Assembly: GCA_963792655.1 (NCBI GenBank)
Contig: CAWBWU010000011.1
Coordinates: 328,938 to 392,937 of the forward strand
Origin: Bryobacterales bacterium
GTDB lineage: Bacteria > Acidobacteriota > Terriglobia > Bryobacterales > Bryobacteraceae
DNA: 64,000 nt
Reading direction: 5' to 3'
A program made the translations under genes and the position numbers. The stretch's first letter is position 1. Each line of letters begins with the position of its first letter. Under the pieces are notes generated by a model that saw only the letters and a list, made by a program, of their open reading frames with translations, had not been told where the DNA came from and searched no databases. Shown in pieces: positions 49,854 through 59,662 of this stretch.

Positions 49854-52800
49854 TATTTGACGACGATTCTGGTGGTCTTCGCGCTGTTGCCACCGATTGA
49901 AAGCGTTACGGTTTGCGGGCCGGTACCGATGTTCAGCGGCACCACCGCATTCACCTGATAAAGCCCGACGATGCCGGGAGCCAGCCCGCTGAATTGCACT
50001 GGCGCGTTCTGTCCGCCAATGGTCACGCCCGGCGTCTGCGTTGTTGTCGACAATGGGTTAGCCAGCGCAACCGCACCGTCCGCAGGCTGGTTCGTGACCG
50101 CCCCTAATCCGTTCACAAAAAACTGAACGACCTGGCCGCGCTGCACAGGATTTGCCGCAGTGATCACACGGAAATTTTGATCGAGCGCCGCTGCCGTTAG
50201 CTGCCCCGCATCACTGAATTCGAAGAACGCCGGGTTGGTCGCAGCGATAGGGATGGTCGCCGTGAAGCTGACCAGCCCTTCGAAGTTGACCTTGACCGTC
50301 GCCATGGACTGGCCCTGCAGTTCCCACGGAATCTGCACATTGATCTGCGTTGGGCTGACGTACGAAAGGCGGCCCGGGACGCTGATGCCGCCGGCATCGA
50401 AGCTGACCGAAGTTCCGGCAATCGAGACCGGCAGGTAGTTCGTGTTCAAGAACCCGGTCGCGGCGCTCAGGTTCGTACCGGCGATGGTCAGGTACGAGCC
50501 CGGCGCGAAGCCTTTGTCCAGCTGGAAGCTTGCGGCGTTCACAATGCCATTCGTCGCAATGGTGGGGAAGTTGAACGCGGTCCAGAAGAAATCCTGCTTC
50601 ATCCCGGACAAGTTGGCTTCGAAGATCTGATCGCCCAGCGATGATCCCAAATTGATGTTCGACGCCGCGATGCCGTAAGAGTCTGTCGCCGCATCGTGTG
50701 TACCGATGGAGCCGCCGCCGCTCAGCACGCTGAAGGTAACCGGCACACCGGATACGCTGAGTCCGTTGCGATCGACGGCGCGCAGTGCAATCAGGTCGCC
50801 CGCTTCACTCACGCCGCCGGTGCTGCTCGAACCAATCACCGGGAACACGCTTTGCACAACACCATCGCTCACGATGTACCAGTAGGGCACGAACAGCGTC
50901 TGCCCGATCCCCGAGATGATGATGAAGCCCTCGTACATTCCGGCGCTTGGCTTCGAACCGGAGAGCGTCACGGAAAGCGAGACGGTCTGTTGCGCTTGCA
51001 GTGTTCCGCTCGCCGGCGTGACCGACACGCTGGCCTTTGCATCGGTATCGGTTTGCAGCACCTGCACCGAGTAAGTGCCCGGCGCATTCGTGATGTTCGT
51101 CAGGTTCATCGAAAGCGTGGCCGGCACACCAACGGATGACAGCAGATTATTGAACGACAACGTCGAAGGGGTCACGGTTGCGCCGATGCCCACCGCGTTC
51201 CCCGCATCCAACTTGCCGCTGCCCACGGCCTCGATGCGCGCGGTTACGCCGTTCTCTTTGACTGCGTTGCTCGTCGTATTGACCACTGCGGACTTGTACT
51301 GCGCGGGGGAAAGTCCCGGATGCGCTTGCTTGACCAATGCCACTGCGCCTGCAACCATTGCCGCCGCAAAGCTTGTGCCCTGCACACTGGTGTAGCGCGA
51401 AGCATCCCATAGGGAGCCGCTCGGATCGTAGTTCTGCGTTGCGGTGTAAAGGTCGGTGCCGACAGCAACAAGTTCCGGTTTGATCAATGCCGACGTACCG
51501 ATCGCGGGACCGCGCGAGGAAAAGCCGGCCACCGTGTCATAGCCCGCAGCAACCTCACGCAGCGTGGGGTCGAGCGTAATCTTCGGAGCCGCGCCTGCGT
51601 GTGCTTTCAAATAGTTGTGCAACTGCACGCCGTCGCTGTTGCGAATCACGACGGAGGGGATCGCCGTATCTTCCAGGCTGATCGGAGTGAAGATGTCATC
51701 GGTTGCGTTATCGAGATAGATCACCATGCCGACCGCGCCGGCAGCTTGCACGTTGTTCGCTTTCGCATCGAAGCCGCAGCCGCCACGTTCGACAAGCACC
51801 ACATCACCCGTGAATGACCCGGCAGGCAGCGGCGCACAAGCCAGGCCGTCATTGCCCGATGCCGTCACGTCGGCCAGCGGATAGACCACCTTTCCACCAG
51901 GCTTGGGGATGCCGAAGAGCGCGTCAATGGTGCTGGCCGAAACGTCCGGCACGCTGATCGACGAATAGAAGATGTGCGCGTTCGTGGACGCGCCAACCGT
52001 AATCGCCGACGGCGCGGTGCCCGGCGAGTTGATGGTGCCGAGCGTCGGCCCATCGTCGCCCGCGGCCACGACGACCACCATTCCGCTGCGCACCGCGTTC
52101 TCCACTGCCTGCGCCGCAATGTCACAAGCGTTCGAAGGGATGTAGCTGCGAAGGCCGCTCGCATTCCCGCAGGCGCTGCTATCTGCATCGAGTGCACCGT
52201 AGAGGGCCGCGTTGCCGCTCGCGACGTTGACCACGTCCATGCCGTCGGTCAGCGCATCTTCGAGCGCCTGGATCATCGCGCTCGCGTTAGTGAAGGTGTT
52301 GACGGCGGGCGAGCCGTAGATTTTGTAATTGCCGAGGAACGCTTTGGGCGCAACACCGCTGATGGTTGCGAGCGGCGCATTCACCTGCTCGCCGGCCGCG
52401 ATCATCGCGACTGCGGTGCCATGGCCGGTGTGATCTGCGGGCGTCGTGTCGTCGGGCGTTGAGCGATTTGGGTCGCTGCTGTTGTTCAGCAGTGAGACGT
52501 AACTGCGAGCTACGATCACTTTCGAATTGGTGTACTTCGTGTCGCCGCGCGGGAAGCCGGCGGGAGGTTGCAATTGCGCATCCTGAAACGCGGGATGCGT
52601 CTGATCGATGCCGCTGTCGATAATGCCGATGCGCATGCCGGCTCCCGCGCGGCCCATTCCACCGATCAACGGATTTGCCCACGCTGCGGGAACATCGGTC
52701 AACGCCAAAGCTTTATTGAGCAACGGATGCAGCGGTGGCAGGTAGCTCCACCGCTCCACTCCGGGCACCGTGCTGAAGTCCGGCGTTTGGCCGTGCGGCA

Positions 52801-53044
52801 CCAGCACAAACACCGCGTTCAGCAGCGATTGCACGCTTCCGCTGACCTGCCAGTGGCGCGCTTCGATCTCATGGATGGCAGCCGCCTGCGCTTTGCGAAT
52901 CGTCTGATGCGCGGCACTCTCCCGCTGCTGGCGGGATTGCGCGAGCGGCGGGTCTTTCAGGATGAGCGCGTACTCATCGACGCCCGCTGACGCCCACAGA
53001 ACCGATGAACAAAATAAGAGGCACGACGCAACACGGCGCAGCAT
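49853..53044 (-). CDS. Secreted S8 (subtilisin-like) serine peptidase with PA domain, Ig-like modules and Soli_cterm-like C-terminal domain
   Basis: Catalytic triad contexts IGIIDSGID, HGTAVAMIAAG, GTSFAAAMVAGAVAL. Signal peptide MLRRVASCLLFCSSVLWASA. The last 236 aa are homologous to the adhesin C-terminus at 2227-3003. Confidence 0.9.
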   Translation of the reverse strand: MLRRVASCLLFCSSVLWASAGVDEYALILKDPPLAQSRQQRESAAHQTIRKAQAAAIHEIEARHWQVSGSVQSLLNAVFVLVPHGQTPDFSTVPGVERWSYLPPLHPLLNKALALTDVPAAWANPLIGGMGRAGAGMRIGIIDSGIDQTHPAFQDAQLQPPAGFPRGDTKYTNSKVIVARSYVSLLNNSSDPNRSTPDDTTPADHTGHGTAVAMIAAGEQVNAPLATISGVAPKAFLGNYKIYGSPAVNTFTNASAMIQALEDALTDGMDVVNVASGNAALYGALDADSSACGNASGLRSYIPSNACDIAAQAVENAVRSGMVVVVAAGDDGPTLGTINSPGTAPSAITVGASTNAHIFYSSISVPDVSASTIDALFGIPKPGGKVVYPLADVTASGNDGLACAPLPAGSFTGDVVLVERGGCGFDAKANNVQAAGAVGMVIYLDNATDDIFTPISLEDTAIPSVVIRNSDGVQLHNYLKAHAGAAPKITLDPTLREVAAGYDTVAGFSSRGPAIGTSALIKPELVAVGTDLYTATQNYDPSGSLWDASRYTSVQGTSFAAAMVAGAVALVKQAHPGLSPAQYKSAVVNTTSNAVKENGVTARIEAVGSGKLDAGNAVGIGATVTPSTLSFNNLLSSVGVPATLSMNLTNITNAPGTYSVQVLQTDTDAKASVSVTPASGTLQAQQTVSLSVTLSGSKPSAGMYEGFIIISGIGQTLFVPYWYIVSDGVVQSVFPVIGSSSTGGVSEAGDLIALRAVDRNGLSVSGVPVTFSVLSGGGSIGTHDAATDSYGIAASNINLGSSLGDQIFEANLSGMKQDFFWTAFNFPTIATNGIVNAASFQLDKGFAPGSYLTIAGTNLSAATGFLNTNYLPVSIAGTSVSFDAGGISVPGRLSYVSPTQINVQIPWELQGQSMATVKVNFEGLVSFTATIPIAATNPAFFEFSDAGQLTAAALDQNFRVITAANPVQRGQVVQFFVNGLGAVTNQPADGAVALANPLSTTTQTPGVTIGGQNAPVQFSGLAPGIVGLYQVNAVVPLNIGTGPQTVTLSIGGNSAKTTRIVVK

Positions 53045-53065
53045 GCCCCATTATCAACCCGAGCC

Positions 53066-56000
53066 TTAACGCACGCCGATCGCGCTGATATTCTGCTCCG
53101 CCGCCAGCTTCTGAATGGAAGCCAGATCGCCTGAAACGAGCGACTGCCATTTGTTCATCTGCGCCGTGAGCTGCTCGTTGTACTTGGCCAGTACCTGATA
53201 TTCGGATTGCGTGGGCGCGGCGTCCGCCTCCCCACTCACCGTAGCTGCAAGCGCGGCCAGCTTGCCGTCGAGACCCAGTGCATACGCAAGCGAATCTTCA
53301 TTCGCGGTGATCTTGAAATTGATCAGCGCATCCTGAATCGTTGCGATCTTGCGGTCGAGTTGCGTATCGAGTTCCGCCAGGCGCTTTGCTTGCGCCGTGT
53401 CGGGTAAGCGCTGATTCACGTTCTTGATTGCCGCGCGCAACGCCAGCATCTGATCGACCGTGCGATAGATGTGATCGAGCTGTTGCTGCACGCCGGAGAC
53501 GAAGTCGTACTGCTTCTGGATGTCCGCGGGCGATACGGTCACGCGCGGGTCCATCTTCACTTCAAACTTCGCGGTGGCCGGTTTGCCGTTGGCCGTGATG
53601 CGAACCTGATACGTGCCGGGCACCACCATCGGGCCGCGAACGCCGCCCTGCTCTTCGTACAGATAGTAGTTCGGCAAGGTCGCGATGTTCTGCGTGTGCA
53701 GATCCCATACGAACCGATTCAGGCCTTCGTCGGGCTCGATCTCAAATTTCAACTTCTCGTCGTCGGGATCGGGCGGCGCGTCGCGCTCTTTCAGCTTCTT
53801 GCTCGAGTAGCTGCGGATCACTTTACCCGCGGCATCCATGATCTCGATTTTCAGCTCATCCTTCGGCTTCTCCTTCAACCAGTAGTCGATGATCGCGCCG
53901 CTCGGCGGATTCTGCCCCGCGACCGGCGACTTCGGCGCCTCTGCCGGACCGTAAATTCTGATCGCCGTCTGTGGGGTGTAGAGATGCAGGGCTTCTTTGT
54001 CGAAGCTGTCCTGGAACTGCCGGATCGGCGTGATGTCGTCCAGAATCCAGAAGGAGCGGCCATGCGTCGCCACTACCAGGTCGTCATCCTTGATGACCAG
54101 ATCGTGCACGGGCGTCGTCGGCAGGTTCAGCTTCAACGGCAGCCAGTTCGCGCCATCGTTGAACGAATAGTAAATGCCGGTCTCGGTGCCCGCGAACAAA
54201 AGGCCGCGCCGCTTCGGATCTTCACGCACCGCGCGTGCAAACGTGGTCTCGGGAATCCCGTTAGTGATCTTGGTCCACGTCTTGCCATAGTCCGCGGTTT
54301 TGTAGATGTAGGGCCGCAGATCGTCGTTCTGATGACGGTCGATCGCAACGTAAGCCACGGATGCCTGGTGCGGCGACGCTTCGATCAGACTCACGCGGCT
54401 CCACTCGGGCATGCCCTTGGGAGTGACATTGGTCCACGTCTTACCGCCATCGCGCGTGAGTTGAATCAAGCCGTCGTCAGTTCCGGCCCAGATCAGATCT
54501 TTCTCGAACTTCGATTCAGCCAAGGCGAAGATCGTGTCGTAGTATTCGGTGCCTGTATCGTCTTTGTCGATCGGACCGCCGGAGATCTGCTGCTTTGATT
54601 TATCGTTGCGCGTCAGATCGGGGCTGATCGCGGTCCAGTGCATGCCATCGTCCGTGGTCTTGAACAACATCTCGCCCGCGTGATAGAGCGTGTGCGGGTC
54701 ATGGATCGAGATCATGTTCGGCGCGGTCCATTGAAAGCGATGCACCAGGTTCGCCGCGCCTTGGCCATCGGAAATTTCGGGCCAGGGCGAAATGTTCTGC
54801 GCTTGTCCGGTACGTTTGTCGAAACGCGTCAGCACGCCTTCGTAGTCGCCCGCATAAACGATGTTGGGATCGAGCGGGGAAGGCGAGATATAACCCGCTT
54901 CACCGCCGCCTACGGCATACCAATCTGGGCGATCGATCTGTCCGTTGTCGCTGCGGCTCGCGATCGCGATGGTGCTGTTGTCCTGCTGCGCGCCGTACAC
55001 CCAATAGGGAAAGCGATTGTCGGTAATGACGTGATAGAACTGCGCGGTCGGCTGATTGTATGGCGCGGTCCAATGCCGGCCGCCGTCAAGCGTGACCGTC
55101 GCGCCGCCATCATCGCCTTGAATCATGCGGCGCGTGTTGTTCGGGTCAATCCACAGCGCATGGTTATCGCCATGCGGAACTTTGATTTTGTTGAAGCTGC
55201 GTCCGCCGTCAGTGGACTTGAAGAACTGCACATCCATGATGTACAGGACGTTCGCGTCGTGCGGGTCGGCAACTACGTGCATGTAATACCAGGAGCGCTG
55301 CCACAGGCTGCGGTCACCATTTACGAGCTCCCACTTGTCGCCGCCATCATCCGATCGGAAAAGGCCGCCGTCGGCCGCTTCGATCAACGCATAGATACGC
55401 TCGGAGTTGGCTGACACGACAACGCCCGCTTTGCCCCACGGACCTTTCGGCAGACCGCCTTCGTCCAATTGCTTCCACGTGTTGCCGCCGTCGCCGGAGC
55501 GATACAACCCGCTGCCCGGCCCGCCGCTCTCGAGGCTCCACGGGGTGCGGTACGCCTGCCAGAGCGTGGCGAACAGGATGTTGGGATTATGGGGGTCGAA
55601 ACAGATATCGACAGCGCCGCTCTTATCGTCTTTGTAGAGAACACGCGTCCAGCTCTTTCCGCCGTCGAGCGTGCGGTACACGCCGCGCTCTTTGTTAGGG
55701 CCGTACTGATGACCAAAGGCCGCAACATAGACGATGTCCGGATTGGTCGGATGAATGATGACCTTGCCAATCGAGCGAGAGTCCTTGAGCCCCACGTTCT
55801 TCCAGGTCTTGCCGGCATCGATGGATTTGTAGATGCCGTCGCCATGCGAGATGTTGCCGCGCAGTGCGGTCTCACCGGTACCGGCGTAGATCACGTTGGG
55901 GTCGGATTGCGAAACCGCAAGGCTGCCGATCGAACTGGTGCCTTCTTTGTCGAAGACACTGGTCCATGTCATCGCACCGTCGCTCGACTTCCAGATACCG

Positions 56001-56290
56001 CCGCCCACGCCGCCAAAATAATAAGTGTTCGGATCGCTGACCACGCCCGACACGGTCAACGAACGGCCGCCGCGAAATGGACCGATGTTGCGAAAGCTCA
56101 TGCCGGAGAACCACTTGTCTTCAGGCTTTTTCGGTTTGTTGTCGGGTACGAGCTTACCGGCGTCGTCGGCCTTTTTTTGTGCGTCCTGCTGCTCTTGCAG
56201 CGCCTTCTTGCTGACGGATTCAGTGCGCTCCTGCTGCGCAGCGGCGCAGAGGCTAAGAAAAAGACCCAGGGAAATCAGGCGGCGAGACAT
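53066..56290 (-). CDS. Sortilin/VPS10-like BNR (Asp-box) repeat protein, intact, 1074 aa
   Basis: Signal peptide MSRRLISLGLFLSLCAAAQ. Many S-x-D-x-G-x-T-W Asp boxes (SSDGAMTW, SIDAGKTW, TLDGGKSW, SGDGGNTW, TRDGGKTW...). Confidence 0.85.
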   Translation of the reverse strand: MSRRLISLGLFLSLCAAAQQERTESVSKKALQEQQDAQKKADDAGKLVPDNKPKKPEDKWFSGMSFRNIGPFRGGRSLTVSGVVSDPNTYYFGGVGGGIWKSSDGAMTWTSVFDKEGTSSIGSLAVSQSDPNVIYAGTGETALRGNISHGDGIYKSIDAGKTWKNVGLKDSRSIGKVIIHPTNPDIVYVAAFGHQYGPNKERGVYRTLDGGKSWTRVLYKDDKSGAVDICFDPHNPNILFATLWQAYRTPWSLESGGPGSGLYRSGDGGNTWKQLDEGGLPKGPWGKAGVVVSANSERIYALIEAADGGLFRSDDGGDKWELVNGDRSLWQRSWYYMHVVADPHDANVLYIMDVQFFKSTDGGRSFNKIKVPHGDNHALWIDPNNTRRMIQGDDGGATVTLDGGRHWTAPYNQPTAQFYHVITDNRFPYWVYGAQQDNSTIAIASRSDNGQIDRPDWYAVGGGEAGYISPSPLDPNIVYAGDYEGVLTRFDKRTGQAQNISPWPEISDGQGAANLVHRFQWTAPNMISIHDPHTLYHAGEMLFKTTDDGMHWTAISPDLTRNDKSKQQISGGPIDKDDTGTEYYDTIFALAESKFEKDLIWAGTDDGLIQLTRDGGKTWTNVTPKGMPEWSRVSLIEASPHQASVAYVAIDRHQNDDLRPYIYKTADYGKTWTKITNGIPETTFARAVREDPKRRGLLFAGTETGIYYSFNDGANWLPLKLNLPTTPVHDLVIKDDDLVVATHGRSFWILDDITPIRQFQDSFDKEALHLYTPQTAIRIYGPAEAPKSPVAGQNPPSGAIIDYWLKEKPKDELKIEIMDAAGKVIRSYSSKKLKERDAPPDPDDEKLKFEIEPDEGLNRFVWDLHTQNIATLPNYYLYEEQGGVRGPMVVPGTYQVRITANGKPATAKFEVKMDPRVTVSPADIQKQYDFVSGVQQQLDHIYRTVDQMLALRAAIKNVNQRLPDTAQAKRLAELDTQLDRKIATIQDALINFKITANEDSLAYALGLDGKLAALAATVSGEADAAPTQSEYQVLAKYNEQLTAQMNKWQSLVSGDLASIQKLAAEQNISAIGVR

Positions 56291-56400
56291 TTCTTCGCAT
56301 GATAGCGCTCACGGTCGCGGCACCGCGTGCCACGGCTTAGAGCCGCGCGCGTCAGCAAGCGGGCAAGCCAACACAATCCAACCCATCCGATAATGAATTC

Positions 56401-58134
56401 TTGGAATTCGTCGCACAACTCAAGAGCCAGGTCGACATCGTCGGTGTCATCCAGGAGTACGTGCGCTTAAAGAAAGCCGGCCCGACGTTCAAAGGCTTGT
56501 GCCCCTTCCACACCGAGAAGACGCCTTCGTTCACGGTTAACGGCTCGCGCCAGTTCTTCTACTGCCATGGCTGTCATGTCGGCGGCGACGTCATCCGGTT
56601 TGTTGAGCTGCAGGAACGCCTCACGTTTTTCGAAGCGCTCAAGCTGCTGGCCGAGCGCCATGGCATTCCGATGCCGAAGCGCGAAGGCTACACCGACGAG
56701 AACACGAAGGCGCGCGCGGCGCTCTTCGAGATGCATGAGATCGCGGAAGCAGAGTTTCGATCGAGCCTGCATTCGCCGCAAGGGAAGATCGCGCGCGATT
56801 ACCTCGCCAAGCGCGGCGTACCGGAAGCGGTTGCCGATCAGTTCGGCCTGGGCTTCTCGCAGAAATCGTGGTCGCGGCTGACCGACCGTTTCAAAAAAGA
56901 AGGCTTCACGCCCGAGGCGATCGAGAGCTCTGGCCTCGCACTGCGCCGCGACGACGGCGGGCTCTACGACCGCTTTCGCAACCGGCTCATGTTTCCGATT
57001 CACAGCGAGTCCGGCAAGATCATCGGCTTCGGCGGCCGCGCGCTCGAGCCGGACGATCAGCCCAAGTATCTGAATTCGCCGGAGACGCTGATCTACAAAA
57101 AGGGCTGGGTCCTCTACAACCTGCATCGCGCCAAAGATGCCATTCGCAAGGCGGACCGCACGGTTCTTGTTGAGGGCTACATGGACGTGATTGGCGTCTA
57201 TGCAGGAGGCATCACGGAAGTAGTCGCCTCTTGCGGCACCGCCCTCACCGCACAGCAAGTGCAGAGTGTGCGCCGGCACTCGGCAAACATGGCGCTCAAC
57301 TTCGATCCGGATTCCGCGGGCGCCGCTGCATCGGAGAAGTCGATCCAGATGCTGCTGGCGGAACAGATGCGCGTCCGCATCGTCGCATTAGAAGGCGGAC
57401 TCGACCCTGACGAATATGTTCGTGCGCATGGCGGCGAGAATTATCAGCTCTGCGTCAACAACGCAAAGAACTACTTCCACTGGCTTGCAGATCGCGCGCG
57501 GTCGCGGCACGATATGCGCTCAGCGGAAGGCCGCGTCGCTGCGTTTCAGTTTCTGCTGCCGGCGATCCAGAGCCTCGCGGACAAGATTGAACGCGGCGCT
57601 GTGGTCAACGACGTTGCAGCTTATCTGCAAGTCGAACCCGGTCTGGTGCTCGAGCAATTTCGTAAGCTCGCGGTCGACCGCCGGGAACGTGTGTTGCCGC
57701 CCGCCGTGACTGCTCCCGTGCGTGCGCTCGACCGCATTCTGATTGGCGCGCTGCTCTCTTCTCCGGAGGCTCGTGATGAGTGGCTGCGTGAGTTGCGCGC
57801 GATGCGGAGCATTGCGAGTTCATCGGTGCAGCGCATCTACACTGCTCTGTTCGCAGTTGCCGATGCGAATGGCGAGGTGACGTTCGGTGAGGTGCATGCG
57901 CGTCTGGATGAGCAGGATCAGAAACTGCTTTGCCAGAACTGGATTCGCGAAGAAGAAGCCGTGAATCTGGATGAAGCAGCCGCGTGTATGGAACAGTTGC
58001 GGCATGAAGAGCACGCACTATTCATCGCCGAGCTGAAAGCACGCGTCCGCGATGCAGAACGGAGCGGCAATCTCAACGAGGCGCTGCGCCTGGCCCAAGA
58101 GCTGCGTGTTTCACAAACTCCAGCGCGCGGGTGA
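56401..58134 (+). CDS. dnaG: DNA primase DnaG
   Basis: Zinc finger CPFHTEKTPSFTVNGSRQFFYCHGCHVGGD, RNA polymerase core, TOPRIM (VLVEGYMDVI). TTG start as in the ORF track. Confidence 0.9.
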   Translation: MEFVAQLKSQVDIVGVIQEYVRLKKAGPTFKGLCPFHTEKTPSFTVNGSRQFFYCHGCHVGGDVIRFVELQERLTFFEALKLLAERHGIPMPKREGYTDENTKARAALFEMHEIAEAEFRSSLHSPQGKIARDYLAKRGVPEAVADQFGLGFSQKSWSRLTDRFKKEGFTPEAIESSGLALRRDDGGLYDRFRNRLMFPIHSESGKIIGFGGRALEPDDQPKYLNSPETLIYKKGWVLYNLHRAKDAIRKADRTVLVEGYMDVIGVYAGGITEVVASCGTALTAQQVQSVRRHSANMALNFDPDSAGAAASEKSIQMLLAEQMRVRIVALEGGLDPDEYVRAHGGENYQLCVNNAKNYFHWLADRARSRHDMRSAEGRVAAFQFLLPAIQSLADKIERGAVVNDVAAYLQVEPGLVLEQFRKLAVDRRERVLPPAVTAPVRALDRILIGALLSSPEARDEWLRELRAMRSIASSSVQRIYTALFAVADANGEVTFGEVHARLDEQDQKLLCQNWIREEEAVNLDEAAACMEQLRHEEHALFIAELKARVRDAERSGNLNEALRLAQELRVSQTPARG

Positions 58135-58161
58135 TGACTCCATCGCGGAGTTTCGCCGCGC

Positions 58162-59151
58162 TTACGGATTCATCTGGAATAGGCGAACGTGTGACTCGTC
58201 TTTATCGTAAAAGGCGAGAGTCGGTCCGCTACCACCGGCCAGGAATTTGAGCGTGTTCGGAACCGGCTGCGGCGTCCACTTGCCGCTCGCGCGGTCTAAA
58301 GTGAAAGCTTCGAGATTCTGCCAGTGGTCTCCCGCATCCAGCGTCAACACAGGCAGATCCTGCTGCGTCAAGACCAAAGCGCGAGGCCTGGAAGTGAATT
58401 TTAAGTTGAAGTCGTCCGGCAACGGATAGGTATGGATCGATTTGTCTGGCCAGACTTCAACATACGAGCCGGAGCCCCGGCTATGTCCATCTTTGCTCAG
58501 CGCGCTCGTTGACGCCCATCCCACAATTGAGCCACCGACAGCCAAGACTCCCGTTGGCGGCCGGGTCGCATCCGGCACGGTCTCGGCCGGAATGAACGCT
58601 TCCGTCATTCGTCCGCTACGATCGAAGTGGCGCACCACTTCGGCTTTTGCGGCAGAGTCCGGTACTGTGCTATTCCGTGCCGTGTAACCCGACGCCCACA
58701 GAGTGCCGTCGGACGCAAACGCCAGCTTCATGGCGTGAAACGGCTCAGTCCTCACCGGATTGCACGAGCCGTCCAGCCCGCAGAAGGCGATCATCGCTGC
58801 CGTCCTGCCATCGTCAGAAGTCGAATACCCAGCTACGGCCAACGTGCCATCGCCGGCACGCGCCGTTGCAAATAAGAGAACGGCGTAAGCGCCGGGAACC
58901 TTGATGCTCGCCGAACGAAGAAGCGCGCCTTGATCGTTCCACGCCTGCACTTGCGGTGATTGGTTCCCGTTTCCCTCGATCGTCAAAAGAGCACCGCCAC
59001 TCCAAACAGGGAGAACACCATCCTGAAGCTTGTATACGAGTGTCGCAGCGGAAACAGGGACGAGGCTGGCGGCGAAGCAGTTCGGACTGACCGTGAACAA
59101 AGCCAGGCCAGTAAGCAGAGTACGCGCGATTACGAAAGCTTTCTGAACCAT
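58162..59151 (-). CDS. Secreted hypothetical protein (beta-rich)
   Basis: Start moved to MVQKAFVIARTLLTGLALFTVSPNCFAA. No family recognised. Confidence 0.5.
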   Translation of the reverse strand: MVQKAFVIARTLLTGLALFTVSPNCFAASLVPVSAATLVYKLQDGVLPVWSGGALLTIEGNGNQSPQVQAWNDQGALLRSASIKVPGAYAVLLFATARAGDGTLAVAGYSTSDDGRTAAMIAFCGLDGSCNPVRTEPFHAMKLAFASDGTLWASGYTARNSTVPDSAAKAEVVRHFDRSGRMTEAFIPAETVPDATRPPTGVLAVGGSIVGWASTSALSKDGHSRGSGSYVEVWPDKSIHTYPLPDDFNLKFTSRPRALVLTQQDLPVLTLDAGDHWQNLEAFTLDRASGKWTPQPVPNTLKFLAGGSGPTLAFYDKDESHVRLFQMNP

Positions 59152-59218
59152 CTTTCCTATCTCCTCAAAGAGAACCTCCGCCCTGAGCAAGCCGCGTGAC
59201 TTGGCTTACATTTAAATC

Positions 59219-59662
59219 ATGACGGATTTCTCACGGCGCGCGCTGCTCGGCATGATGGCAGCGGCCCCGCTGGCACTGGCGCAGAGTAAAGACCCCTGGA
59301 CCGATGCGGACCTGATTTATCCTCCGGCAGTTGCTGCCGCATTGAAGCAGAAGAATACAAAACTTCTGCATGTCGGCTTCCCTGCTCTGTTCCACGGAAC
59401 TCATATTCCCGGTTCTGTTTTCGCGGGTCCCGGAGGCAAGCCGGAAGGCATCGCGCTCCTGATGAAGACAGTCGCGCAGACGCCGAAAAACGCCAACATC
59501 GTGATCTACTGCGGGTGCTGCCCATGGGATCGCTGTCCGAACGTGCGGCCCGCATTCTCTGCGCTGAAAGAGAAGGGCTACACCAATGTGAAGGTGCTGG
59601 TGATTCCCGAAAACCTGCACACTGACTGGGTGGAAAAAGGCTATCCGGTCGAAAAGGGTTAA
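59219..59662 (+). CDS. Tat-exported rhodanese-like protein with a Cys-rich loop
   Basis: Twin-arginine leader MTDFSRRALLGMMAAAPLALAQS. Rhodanese-like fold with IVIYCGCCPWDRCPN. Confidence 0.6.
   Translation: MTDFSRRALLGMMAAAPLALAQSKDPWTDADLIYPPAVAAALKQKNTKLLHVGFPALFHGTHIPGSVFAGPGGKPEGIALLMKTVAQTPKNANIVIYCGCCPWDRCPNVRPAFSALKEKGYTNVKVLVIPENLHTDWVEKGYPVEKG

Noticed and set aside
56318-56335. Sigma54-like TGGCAC element upstream of the BNR gene / dnaG
   Set aside because: The GG-to-GC spacing is N8 rather than N10 on either strand. The sequence is really a short palindrome, GGCAC-CGC-GTGCC.
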